DNA of 64,000 bases from Camelus ferus (lineage: Eukaryota): contig NC_045697.1 of the NCBI RefSeq assembly GCF_009834535.1, forward strand, positions 27,096,001-27,160,000. The letters are read 5' to 3'. The notes below the pieces were generated by a model. That model saw nothing but the letters and a program-made list of their open reading frames with translations, had not been told where the DNA came from and ran no database searches. Both the position numbers and the translations under genes were made by a program. Of this stretch, positions 13,156 through 25,429 are shown in pieces. How positions within the stretch are numbered: position 1 is the stretch's first letter; each line of letters begins with the position of its first letter.

Positions 13156-13544
13156 TAGTAATATTCATGCTGTAGAGATAAAACAAAGTTACTGGAAACC
13201 CCTTGGTAAGGAGGCTATCTCTAACTGCAATCCATAATATTTATAGACTAGATGCTTTTACTGACGGAGGGCAGAGAAAATGCTATGAAATCTTTGATAT
13301 ACCTTAGGAGAGACGGGTCAACAGAAACCACAGAGTGGTGTAATGTCTACTTTATTACACTGTAAAACACAATGTAAATACATAAACAATAAGGCACTGG
13401 CTTGATATTTCTTTTCTTTCCCACTGTACTTTTTTTAAAGCTATTTCAGTCTTTATCTAAATAGTAAAACACCATACTTTCAAAGAGATTGTTACAACCA
13501 CAATGTTTTAATACTATGAATTGATTTTTCCCAGTAGGGAGGGC

Positions 13545-14280
13545 TTGATTGTTTCAATTCTCCATCACCAACTGGGTGTCCTGCAATTCAATTCACTTCA
13601 ATTCTGACACCAACTACCCCCACTTCAGACACCAGCTGCAAAGGACATCTAACCATTTAATCAGGCTAGCCGACTACCAAGTCAGGGCCTCCTGGATCTC
13701 CCTCAGATGCCACAATTTGCTGTGATGACTCAGAAAATGCAGGGAAGTGCTATGCTTATGCTTACAGTGTTATTATGAAGGATACAACTCAGGAACAGCA
13801 GGATGAAAGAGAAGTGTAGGGCAAAGAGTAGGGGGTGGCACAGAGCTTCCATGCTGTTTCCTGACACACCACCCTCCCAGCGATATCCATGGGTTCACCA
13901 ATCCAGAAGCTCCTTTAGCTTCCTTGTTTCAGAGTTTTTATCAAAGTTTCAAGAAATTTCATTACATAATGACTGATTAAGTCACCGGCCATTGGTGATT
14001 AACTTGATCGCCAGACCCTCACACTTTCCTGAGATCAGGGGATGGAGCTGAAGATTCCAACCCTCTATAATCCTGCAGGTGGTTCCTTGGGCAACATCTT
14101 CAACCTGAAGCTCCCTAGGGGTCCACCAAGAGTCACTCATTAGCTGGTCAGGTAGGGTCAAAAGGGCTAATTATGAATAACAAAAGACACTCTTATCACT
14201 CAGGAAATTTCAAGGGTTTTAGGAGTTTTGTACCAAGAAAACAGGACAGAGACCAAATATATGTGGTCTCTATTACAGCA
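13545..14280 (-). mobile_element. MER21-family LTR
   Basis: CTGGGTGTCCTGCAATTCAATTC...AATTCTGACAC...GGAAATTTCAAGGGTTTTAGGAG...GACCAAATATAT. Confidence 0.75.
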
Positions 14281-15565
14281 CGTTGACCCAAAGTCAGGAG
14301 TCTGTACTCATTTAAATATCAAGATGCAGCACTGAACAGCCGGGAAAAGACCAACTGTTGTATTATATGATTCTAGCAGAAGAATTCTCCTTCCCTCCTT
14401 GAAGACCACCCCCTTGCTGACCCCACCCCCACTCAGACATTAAGACACACCAACCCCACTGTCCGAGTAACTACTAGTTCCTGATATGTGGGCACCTAAC
14501 GCATACTAGACTACTTTCAACTGGGTTATTTTTTCTTCCCCAAATCTATTTAGGCACATTATAAGAAATCAAAGGACTAAGAAAACGGACTTGCCAGAAG
14601 TGATGCAGAGACGAGCCCTTAGCCAAGCAGGGTCTTATAAATCACCCCAGTGCTGATTTGTATGTTTTATTTCAAGGCACTGCCCTAAACACTGATGGCC
14701 AACACTGCCCTCCTGACCTGGACCCAGAGGAGAAAACCATGAGAACCTGACCAAAAACGGGACAAAAACTAGAAATGCACAACAGCCTTAAAACACATGT
14801 TAAGTGATGGAGAATTCTGGAGTCAGAATGGTATGTACAATTTCAGAGGATTTACTCTCACTTAAGACATACACAGTTATTGAACTTTTCCCATTAATGA
14901 ACTCCTTTTGGTCTTCACACCACGAAGACTACACACGGCACTTCATGATTCTAATTCCCAGCAAACTGAAAACCTGTTTCCCAGCATATTACACCTATAC
15001 ACTACACAGACCAGATCTGTATTACTTACAAAGGGCTGTATTATTCATTGGATCCTCCAAACTATTCTGAGATGTATAAAGAACAGGTATGTTCACTCTC
15101 TGTCCCTCCAACTCACTCCCCCGCTCCCTGCCTACACAATCAACCAAGGGCTTTGTCTCGGATCCCCCCCCAACCCCTGCGCCTAGCCTCCACTCCACTC
15201 TGCAGTCTTATCTGATGCAATTTTCACACCGGGTCTGCACTGACTTCCTACCCAATTCCCACCCCTCTGCACCCCTTTTGCTGGGCTGCCATGGCCACAC
15301 TCCCTTTAAGGTCCACTTAAAGTGCCTGGGTTTAGGCTATGAAGTCTTCTCCAACCCTCCCATCAGGAGGAAAGTCTTTCCTCTGGAATCCCACATAGGG
15401 CACTTTGTCTGTAGTCCCAGCATATTTTCCCTTATTCTGTGTTCACTGCTTCTCTCCTCCCGCTTCTCACTCACAAGTCAGCCGAGAACAGAAACCAAGT
15501 TTGTTGTTCATTTTATGTACCAACACAACACCTAACAGTATCTCAAATAAGGCCCTCATTTTTAA

Positions 15566-15848
15566 TTTTTTATTGAAGTGTAGTTAATTTACAATGTTGT
15601 TTCAACTGTGCAGCAGTGATTCAATTATACACATACATACTCCTTTTCCGATTCTTTTCCATTATAGGTTATTACAAGATATCCAATATAGTTTGTTGTT
15701 GATCTATTTTATATATTTATATATAGTAGTGTGTATCTGTTAATCCCAAACTCCTAATTTCTTTTTCCTTAATGGAGGTACTGGTGATTGAACATAGGAC
15801 CTCCTCCATGCTAAGCACTCATTCTACCACTGAGCTATACCCTCCCCC
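15566..15848 (-). mobile_element. Composite retro-insertion: tRNA-Ala SINE head + L1 3' UTR tail
   Basis: SINE at 15769-15848 joined to an L1 tail at 15566-15760. Single TSD GCCCTCATTTTTAA at 15552-15565 and 15851-15864. Confidence 0.85.
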
Positions 15849-15981
15849 AAGCCCTCATTTTTAAATGAATTGCGTGCTGTTTGTAGGGAATATCCACATG
15901 TTTCACCTGAAAAGACTGTTAAGATGCTGAGTTGGCAATTCTGCACATGAAATGAGTTTTATTTTCAAAACCTAGCTTTAA

Positions 15982-16146
15982 ACCTTTTTCTTTTAATTTT
16001 TTGTTTGTTTTTGTTTTTTTAAGGAGGGGGGAGTAATTAGGTGTGTTTCTTTGTTTGTTTGTTTAAGTGGCAATACTAGGGATTGACCCCAGGACCTCCG
16101 TCCTGCATATTAAGCACGCACTCTACCACTGAGCTATACCCCATCA
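15982..16146 (-). mobile_element. tRNA-Ala-derived SINE
   Basis: SINE head CTCTACCACTGAGCTATACC with the extended CCTAATTAC tail. Short TSD CTAG(C/T)TTTAA. Confidence 0.88.
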
Positions 16147-17459
16147 TCTAGTTTTAAGCAATATCCGACACCTCTTTTTTTCCATCGGTGGTTGTTTTGT
16201 GTTGTGCTTTTACAGAGGAGAAGGAGGAGGCTGGAAAGAATTGAGGAAGCAGCAGAAGCATTCAGGCCATGCACGCATATAGCACAAACATGCAAAGGAA
16301 GACGAAGGAATGGCTACTCATTAGCCATCTGCCACTTCGCCAATGCCAGGAAATTCCGGGCAGCCGTTTTTTATAACGTGACTAATTCACATGATTGTGT
16401 TGGAGACTTCCAGCTATGAAGAGCTGTTACAATATTTGAAAATTAGTGCTCCCAAGTTATATTGTGAGACAGAAAGCCTGGTGAATTCTTCAAACTTCCA
16501 CCCGTTACAGGAATCTCAGAGAACCGCATTATGTTTGTATATGCACGGGGGAGGAAGGCTTGGCATGTTACTGATACTGAAAAGAATTCATTGTTTGTTT
16601 TTAACCCTACCTATCACGTGACGTTTTATGTACAGGTTCTTTATACATTTTCCACCACTCAGCTGAACTCATCTGGCCAGTTAAGAAGGGTACCGGCATA
16701 ATTGTGTCTATTCAGGAAACTGAAATTGATTATTTTAAATAACTCCCTCACATCAAAATTTTGTAGACTTCATTTCTTAAATCTAATGACATGTAAATTG
16801 AATTAGTCCCTTCAAATATTTACTCTAAAAGTAAATAGGCAATTCCTGAAGAATTCCTTGGATAATCGCTCATTTTCCACTAAAAACAAAATCTACATTT
16901 AATTAATAAGCTCTCTTGGCTTTCTCTTTAGGTAGATGAACCTACAATGAAAAAGTAAAAAAAAATAATAATAAATTTTAAAACTTCCTTTTACCAGTTG
17001 TGCTATGTGTGGAGCACATGCAGTTTCACATAATAACAAAGACCATCTGAGAACAGTGAACATACTTTTAGATTTGGCTTCTCATCTTGTGACTTGAGCA
17101 AGACATTTCACTTCTCTTTGTCTTGGTTATCTCTCTGTACTTCTGTTTCCTTATGGCTACAAAATGGAGAATACAGCAACCTGCTCCTCAGGTGGTTGCA
17201 AGAAATAAATTGGATCAAGCAATCAAATATTTGAGCATGCCTTGCATGCTCTGTGTCTAGTTAAGAAAAATTCTGTGTTAAATAGATGCAACATGTATCC
17301 ATGGACTCGCGAATATTCACAGGAGATAAAATCAGTGAGAATAACTAGGAAAGGTTTCCTGGAAGTGTTATCCTTGATCTCAGCTTGAAGGATGGGCGGA
17401 AAACAGGATGAATAGCCCACAAAGAGGGGAGGGATTTCCAGGTTAAGATATTTAGTCAG

Positions 17460-17605
17460 CATCTACCAGGAATGAGTTAGAAATGCAAATTCTCCAGTCC
17501 CTTCCCAGACCTAGACCCTAGGGTTGGGGGAGGGGGAGGGAATCTACCTGTGCTGTGTCCAGCCTTCTAGTGAATTCTGACGCACGCGCAAGTGTGGGGA
17601 CCACG
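17460..17605. mobile_element. MER5-type hAT MITE fragment
   Basis: GTTAGAAATGCAAATTCTC...CCCAGACCTA...GAATTCTGACGCACGC..AAGTGTGGGGACCAC. Confidence 0.65.
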
Positions 17606-18871
17606 GCTGCAGATCTGTTTGCTGTCACCTCCTCTCTTCCACAACCACCTGTCCTCCACCTGACTAATGCTGACATTTTTATAACTGTAAGTTCAATCTT
17701 CATTTCCTCCAGAAAGCCTTGCTCAACCTGTACTCTCACCCCACTCCCAGCCCCAGCTTAGGTCCTCTGGCCCTGTGCCATACTTTCCTTATCAAGGTAC
17801 TAATGACACTTTATCATGATTGCTTGTTTAATCGCCCCTGATAACCAGTGCTGGCTCCATAAAGGCACGGACTGTGTCTATTGTGTTCGCTTCACATCAT
17901 CCTAGTGCCTTGCACACAGTTAAGGCACTTGGCTAAGACTTGCCGAATGAATAAATTAAAGAATTAACCTGAGAAACAAAGCTATAAAGGAAAGGTATAA
18001 AGTATTAATATGATACAGATATAAAACTAACAGCTGTATTTGGAGTACTGGTTGCAAAAACACAACTGAATTTAGTTTGCATTTGGAAAGGGCTCATGAA
18101 TGGATTTGTGTTTCGAAAACCTTTGCACTGAAACTTTTCACAAACACTTTTCAAATACACCAACGACACACCATATTCACCTGTTAAGGCAGTACTTGCT
18201 TACTTTTTATTGCCATTCTTTTTTCTCCATGACCTGATTCTCCACCTCAGGCTTCTGGAGCAATATGGCTCATGGAGGTGGGCAGACAAAGCAGCCTCTT
18301 CCGAATTCAGGAGGGGAGTGAGAGAGGGGACTGACAGCTAAGGTCTGTAGATGATTCCAGAAAGCCTAAGTCTTTGCTTTATTACGAAGAAGACTCTCTA
18401 GCTGAGTCAGAACCTCTGGATTCCAGCTCCGGCTTCCTTCACTCATTCAAATGTTTAAGCATCTGCCTGTCCTGTGCTCGGACCTGAGCCTTGGACAGTG
18501 ACCAAGACACACACGTGGGCCCTCCCTCACCAAACCTAATGTTCTACTTCTCCACTGCGGCCGTTCCTGGTCCCCGCAGGCTACCAGACCTCTCAGGGCT
18601 CAGCATCCCCATCTGCAAAGGGCGGGCTTACTTAATTATAAGACGACCACTGAGTCCCCTCTGACTCTATGACTAAGAACAGTACAATTACTCTCAGAAG
18701 TTGGTTGGCCTAAGTCAGCGGAGAGACAGCTTGAACACAGTGGGAAGAGTCCTAGAGAGAGTTAAGAGCCCCCTCAAGCCCTGGCTGGGCCAGCTTGGCA
18801 TCCTCATCTGTTAAAGAAGCTTTGAAGAGAGCATCAGGGCTGACACTACAGGACTGTACCTCCTGGTCCCA

Positions 18872-19545
18872 GTATGTGCTTTCCTGGCACCACTGAGGCA
18901 TTAACAATTCTGACACTTCCTGGAAGTATCGTCAGATCCCACCGCTTAAGGGCTCAGTCTCACAAGGATGCCAATCACAAGTCCAGGTTGTCACCTGTAC
19001 TTATGGCCAACTGCCTACAGTTTGGAGGCTCCAAGGACCCCCTCCCTGAGTTCAATTAACAGAACTCAGGGAAACATTTTACTTACAAGATTACCAGTTT
19101 ATTAGTAAAGTGTTAACAGCCAGATGGGAGAGAAGCATTGGGCAAGGTATGGGGAAAGGGTGGTGCTTCCTTGCGCTCTGGGCGTCCTGCTCTCCACACA
19201 TCTCCACGGGTTCACCCACCAGGAAGTTCAGCAAGTCTCGTTGCTCAAGCCTTTAAAGTGCTTAATCCGCAGCCCTCCCCCTGCCTCTTCCCCTTCCCAG
19301 AGGTGGGCGGGTGGGTGAGGCTGAAAGTTTCAGCCCTCTTCTCCCACCCTCCTTCAGGTGACCAGCCCCACCCTGAGGCTATCTGGGGGCACCACCCTAA
19401 GTCAACTCATTAGCATACGCTCAAAAGGGGCTCCTTAGGAAAAAAGACAACGCCTTTCATTTAGGAAATTCCAAGGGTTTGAGGAGATTTGTGCCAGGAA
19501 CTGAGGACAAAGACTAAATATATTTCTTATTAAACATACATTATT
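18872..19545 (-). mobile_element. Second MER21-family LTR
   Basis: AATTCTGACAC...CAGATCCCAC...AGGGCTCAGTC...GGAAATTCCAAGGGTTT...TGTGCCAGGAAC...AAATATATTTCTTATT. Minus-strand AATAAA at 19098-19103. Confidence 0.75.
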
Positions 19546-20220
19546 ATATGTTATACATCATATATTATATATATTGCTACTATATATAGTATATATTTCT
19601 TACATTCTACTTCATCACAACAGTCACCAGTGAACAACGAGAAGATGAGTGTTGGTGACCCTGGATAATCAAAAAGGATGGCAAGTGGATAGTTACATCA
19701 ATTCTAGGGGAAAACTGTCAAAACCTTGGGACTGTACCTACAGATCCACTGGCTAGAGAAAACCCAATTGGTCAATCTTTCAAAATGCTAAAGAAACTGT
19801 CACAGCCTACCCTTACAAAGGTAATGGCTTCCTCCCGTTTTCCTTCCTCTCCTTTGCCTAATTTTGGTAGCTAATGGCTCACAGCTCCACAAATCCCCTG
19901 CATCCCAGGAGAACTCCCTGCCAGGCCCCCTGGTCCCTATTCCTCCTCCCCTGGGGCCTTGGCGCTGCTCAAAGCTGCTTCCTCAACCTCCCCGCCCATT
20001 ACACACAGGACACACCGGCCTCAGGGGTCAGGGCAAGATGAGACAGGGAACACCTCAGGCAATGGCTCAGGACTTGAAAGGAAAACTCTGGAGCAGGTAG
20101 GAACTTTGTCCCATCTGATAGCTGTGGCAGGTTAGTACCTGGTTAAGAACAAAGTAAGAATAATACATTTGTTTAGTATTTACTATGCACAAAACATTGC
20201 ACCAGGCACTCTCACGGTTT

Positions 20221-20390
20221 TTTGTGTGTGTGTGTGAAATTTACTTTTTATTTATTTATTTGTTTTAGGTTATGCTGCCAAGCTTTTTTTTTTTTAATTG
20301 AAGTATAGTTGATTTAAAATGTTGTGTTTGTTTCTGGTGTACAGCATAGTGATTCAGTCATACATATTCTTTTCCATTACAGGTTATTAC
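20221..20390 (-). mobile_element. Short L1 3' tail with extra 3' sequence, inside a MIR
   Basis: TTGAAGTATAGTTGATTT...GGTGTACAGCATAGTGATTCAG. Imperfect TSD CACTCTCA(C/T)G at 20207 and 20391. Confidence 0.8.
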
Positions 20391-21067
20391 CACTCTCATG
20401 TTTGTATCTCATGTAATTGTCACAAAAATCCCAATCAGGCAACTCTGCCATATTTTCTCCATAACCCAGAGGAGGAAAGTGGTCCAAAGACTTTTTTACC
20501 CTCTGAACAATATTAGCACTTTATTAGTGGTTGGAATACAGTCATACACAGGAGTGTGCAAACAAAATGGGGGGATAGAGTTGGGGAGAGCTGGCCACTG
20601 TCTGGGATCCTGGGATGAGCAGACAAGAAGGCAAGAACCTTGGGGTACTGCAAAGGGAGGGACAGAAAATCCCCTGAGTTCAATACGTCTGGCACAAGGA
20701 TCCTCAAAGTGAGATAACTGGGCGCAGGAACTCAGTCTGGCTCAGGTACCCAACACCTTCTACCAGCCCTCCCGCCCCAAAAAGTCCCTTGGGTGGATTC
20801 TATTTCTTCTCTCCCTTACAAAGAAAGCTGTGTCAATAACTGGCAGAGGAAAGTAGTTTCCATTATAATAGGTACCCATCCCTAAAGCCACATAGAATAC
20901 AGGAAGCCTCAGATTTGCCCAGGTATCTATTTAATCAGATCCCACACGAAAATACTAAGTGCCACTCATTTGACGAGTTCTCTCTCTCCCCTGGATACCT
21001 ACTACTTTGAGCAGGTTTACATTCGCCTGCCCACAAACCAACAGATGAGTCATGGAAGAGGAAATGC

Positions 21068-21379
21068 AGGTCCATAATCCCTTATCTGAAAACTTGGAGG
21101 TCAGATGTGCCTCAAAATTCAGACTTTGTAATTCTAGAAAGGTAACACAATGCATTTAGCACACATTATGTGACACTCAGAAATCAAACTCATTAATATT
21201 ACTGCAGCCAAAACTTAGCAGTATTCAAACTAAGTGAGATAAATATACACTGCAGACTCCCACCTTGGTTCGGGCTAAGTTTTACCCACCAACGGAGTAT
21301 GCAAAAAGCCTCAAAAAAAACTGTTCTGGTTTTCAGAGCTTTTCAAATTTCAGAATTGTCCATAAACGATTACAAATGC
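21068..21379. mobile_element. MER46C-like Tigger element
   Basis: CAGGTCCATAATCCCTTATCTGAAA...TAGAAAGGTAA...GGTTTTCAGAGCTTTT...TTTCAGAATTG, matching the recalled consensus. Confidence 0.8.
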
Positions 21380-24300
21380 GTGCACATGGCTCAAATAGTA
21401 GAAGAAAACAGTCTACATACAAGTGATCAAAGACATACAATCACGGTGCCCATTTTTGCCTTACAAATTAGCACGTATGTTTTTCAGAGAAAATGCCAAA
21501 GGCGTGAGAAGTGAGTCCTTGGACTTGCTGTGAGAATGTAAACTGAGACAATGGTCAGGTCACTAAGACTGGTGTCATCAGTGGCCTCAAAACATGAATA
21601 ACTTTGACCCCAAAACTGCCTTTTCAGGGACCCAATTTCTATGGAATTCATCAATATCGAGACAAAGCTTTAGGCATAGATGTTCACCGAAACAAGGAGT
21701 TTTAAATTTTGTTTACAAATAATTAACAAAAACTGAAATCTAAAATGGAGGCACAGTGAAGTAAAATACAGAGACTCCATATACTGGAATTTTATGCAGT
21801 GGTTTTTTTGAGTGTATAGGGAAATGGAGACACCTCTAAGTATAACATGAGGTTAGAAACGCACGGTACAAGGGTACGCTTGCACTGTGATCCTATCAAA
21901 GCGAAAAACACAGAGAGTGTATTTCACCAGAGTGAAATAGGCTGACAGTGGCAAGTACCTCTGAGTGATGAGATTAAGGGTGATTCTCTCCCCTTCCCTC
22001 CAAACTTTAAATCTTTTGGGGAATTTTCCAGAAACACCAAGAACACTGTATTTTAGCTAAGGAGAAATAAGAAAAAAAAGGTGTAGTTACTTAACTCCCA
22101 GTCAGTGGCAGCAAACTTACGAATCTGAGGTGTCACTCTGGACTTTTATATATTTACAGTGACTCTATGACTGCAAAACCATCACCACCTCCAGAATGAA
22201 CACATTTGTAGTCCACATTTAATAGATAGTTTGCTTGATATATAAGTCTAGTCCAATGCACATTTTGGGTAAGAAATGCAAGAAAAAAGTTACACAGGAT
22301 AAAAGACATATACCACCTTGCTGTTTGCCAACACCTTTCAGAGGCAACAGCTCATTTTATCCTGACTACGAGCCAGTAAGGCAGATAAAGATAGGAGGTG
22401 GCACATACCCATTTTACAGGTAAGAAAATAGAGGCAGAGAGGGCCACACGCTGGAAAGCAGCAGGGATGCTTCAAGTCCAGGATTCTAACTTGGCACTTG
22501 GTGCTCTCCCCACTGTATCATGCCATTACCCTATTAATGACTCGATAAATATCTTAGAATAAAAAGAAATTCCTCACTCTAAAGAAAAACAGAATGATTT
22601 AGTAATAATAATGGGCTTTAGAAATGAATAGATCTGAGTCAAAATCAAAATTTAACTTACACACGTAAGTGACTTTTTCAAGTTAATGTCTCAGGACTCA
22701 ATTTCCTCATCTATAAATGGAGGGATAAAATCATATAGCTGACACAATATTGTAAGAGTTAAATGATCTGAGTACTTAGACCAGAGCCTGCCACAGAACA
22801 AGTGTAATAAATGCTGCATTCTTTCCTCCAAAAAGAATAAAATGCCTACAGTGTACTAACTGCAAATTCCAGGTAGCCACTCCAGACTCACTATTCTACC
22901 TGCTTTCAGCAGCCTATCAAATCTTTACAGTTACCGAAGTGACTGCCCTGCAATTCTTAGAAACCACTCAACATATTAGTTTTAACCAATGACAATTTAA
23001 ATCATTTTTTGTCAGTTTTAAATAACTTCTCTTTTGTCCCAATAGGTAATTAAACTTCAACATCAGAGGCAAACAATTCTTTAAAAAGTAACAACAAAAT
23101 TTTTTCGTTTCTATCACCTGGGGCTTTGGTCTCTCTCATTCAAATTTAACTACTGAAACTCCCAAATAGTTTAATTTATTTGAGGGTTGGGCAGGGAAGA
23201 TGGGGAATGACAGGCAGCTCTCAGATTTTTCATTTCCTCTTTGAATGAAATTTGGGCGTGGAAGCCCAATCTCCAAGGGGTGCTTTCTCACAACATTCTG
23301 TCCACTGACTACGCATCCTGTAGACTTAAAGCTGGGCAGCTACCTGACCAAAGGAGAACCCAGAATTTAATAAAGCTTATCATTAGCATCTAAATGAGGA
23401 GTCAGGAGGCTGGATGGAAGCCCGCAGAACCCTAGGAGAGAGCACTTGTCATTTCACCAGCCCCTGGTCATTTTCCACCCACTCCTTAACTCAAAGGCCA
23501 TGCCCACTGTCTGCAGAAAAACTAAGCCCTAAGTAACCAGAGAACTTATACATAAATAAGCCAAGATGTGGAAAATCATCTGTTCTGGTGCCTGTGGTAT
23601 ATAGTTTCGAAGGCTGCTACTAAGACAGAAACTTAATGAGATTCTTCGACTAGGTAGGAAGTGAAAGAGACATTGCCACTACCTACTGTGATGTTAACTG
23701 ACCTTCTTTTCTCTGCTTCCCAACTTCTGATAACCACATGCTTACAGCTGTATGGTGTCCTAAACTTCCTATCTTAGAATCTCAACAAGACGGCTGCAGT
23801 TGATTTCTGTTCTATTGCCTCTCTGGGGAGCAGTGCAGTACAGGGGAAAGAGAATGAACTTTGGAATCAAGCAAACTAGGTTATCAAAGATAAAGATACA
23901 TGAACACACACTTGCACACACACACACACACACACACCCCTCCTAGGGGTTTTGCTTCTCTTACTGAATGCTAACTGATACACTAGCTATGTGATGCTGG
24001 GCCAATTGCTTAACCTCTCTGGGCCCCAGGCGCCTCACTGGAAATAAGAACTTCATAGAATTATGAGAAATAAGTGTAAAAATGAATATGAAGCGCCAAA
24101 TTCAAAGTTTAACACATAGCAGGCATTCAACATTATTTCCCACCTTTCTCCCTACTTCTCTAAAACAGTCCCTACAAACATTAACACTGTTTTAGATTTC
24201 ATGGGAACCAGATGTTGGCTGTTCAGGGCATCTTCTTAAGAAATGGGTCTCAAGTCACACTGACACATTTGCACCCTGTATCCTTTCCTTTTTGGATACC

Positions 24301-25429
24301 TCATTCTTCTTAAGTGTAACTTTCATCAAAAAGGTTACTGTGCAATTAAGATGAGCACGTTCTTCATCACATTCCAGTCCTGAAAGCTGAATGTTGGTTC
24401 AAAGATCCATCGAAACACAAACTGACTCTTAGGATGGATTTCTCCTGCTGATGACTGATTACATGCATCATGAGCTGAATTTTTAGCAATTTTCCTCCCA
24501 GGTTAAGCTCTTCGAATTCTGGAGCAACTGACTCTAGCCCTCTAAGTACTGTCTACAACCTCGGGTCTAATTTGAACCTGATTACACACCTACCTGTCTC
24601 AGCAATGAGACACAGGGTGAAAACCAAAATCCCCCATCCAATAATACATGTCACTAGCGGCCATTTCCTTGAGGTGGATGACTGAAGGAGATACGCATCA
24701 GCTAATAAAGACTCAGGAGACATGTTATCCATCCTGTTCCCTTCCTAACATATTCTGGTTTCTGCGAAAAAGTGAAGCCCAAAGTGGTAAGTCAGTTTAA
24801 AAGCTGTGATCTAGTGGCGTCTTCCCAGGAGTGAAGAGCAGTATGTGTGTTTTCATAGAGGAGATAGTCATGGTTGGAAGGCTTCCAGTTACTTGCTTAT
24901 TATTTGGACCTGAAGAGGAGCTTGCTGACGTAAGATTCCAGGATCTAGTAACCCCAATTGGCCAAGAAGGTATACGTTTACTTTTTTTTTTAACTACTGC
25001 TGTAAGATGGCAATTAAGAGGGGGACCAGTGGTAAGGAATCCCAGTGTCTACAGTCATAAAACAAGAATGTGAGAAAGGACTTCAGTAAAAGTTATACCT
25101 CCTCTTAGATTTCAATTAAAAACTCCTGCTCCAAGTTCATCACTGGGGACAGCATTTTATCATCTCTGCTGGTGGCTTCCTGCTCTAACCACAGAAGGTT
25201 CCTTTTGTGGCGACAGGAATTAACTCAAAGAAGAAAAAAAAAAAAAACGGGTAAGTTTACAAACGCACCTTCCCTTTTTCCAAGCCTGATTTATCCAGAA
25301 TGTGTGGGGAGAAATCTGAAATCCCCAACCTGTTACAAGAATCCATCAACCACTAAAATAAATGAAAACTCGGAAAGAAACTGGAAACCCTCAAGGCTTT
25401 AAGATATTAAAAGAAAAAAAAAAAAGGGA

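Noticed and set aside
13545..19545. Two MER21-like LTRs as the ends of one provirus
   Set aside because: They are too different from each other, and the intervening DNA contains MIR, L2, MER5 and unique sequence rather than ERV internal genes.
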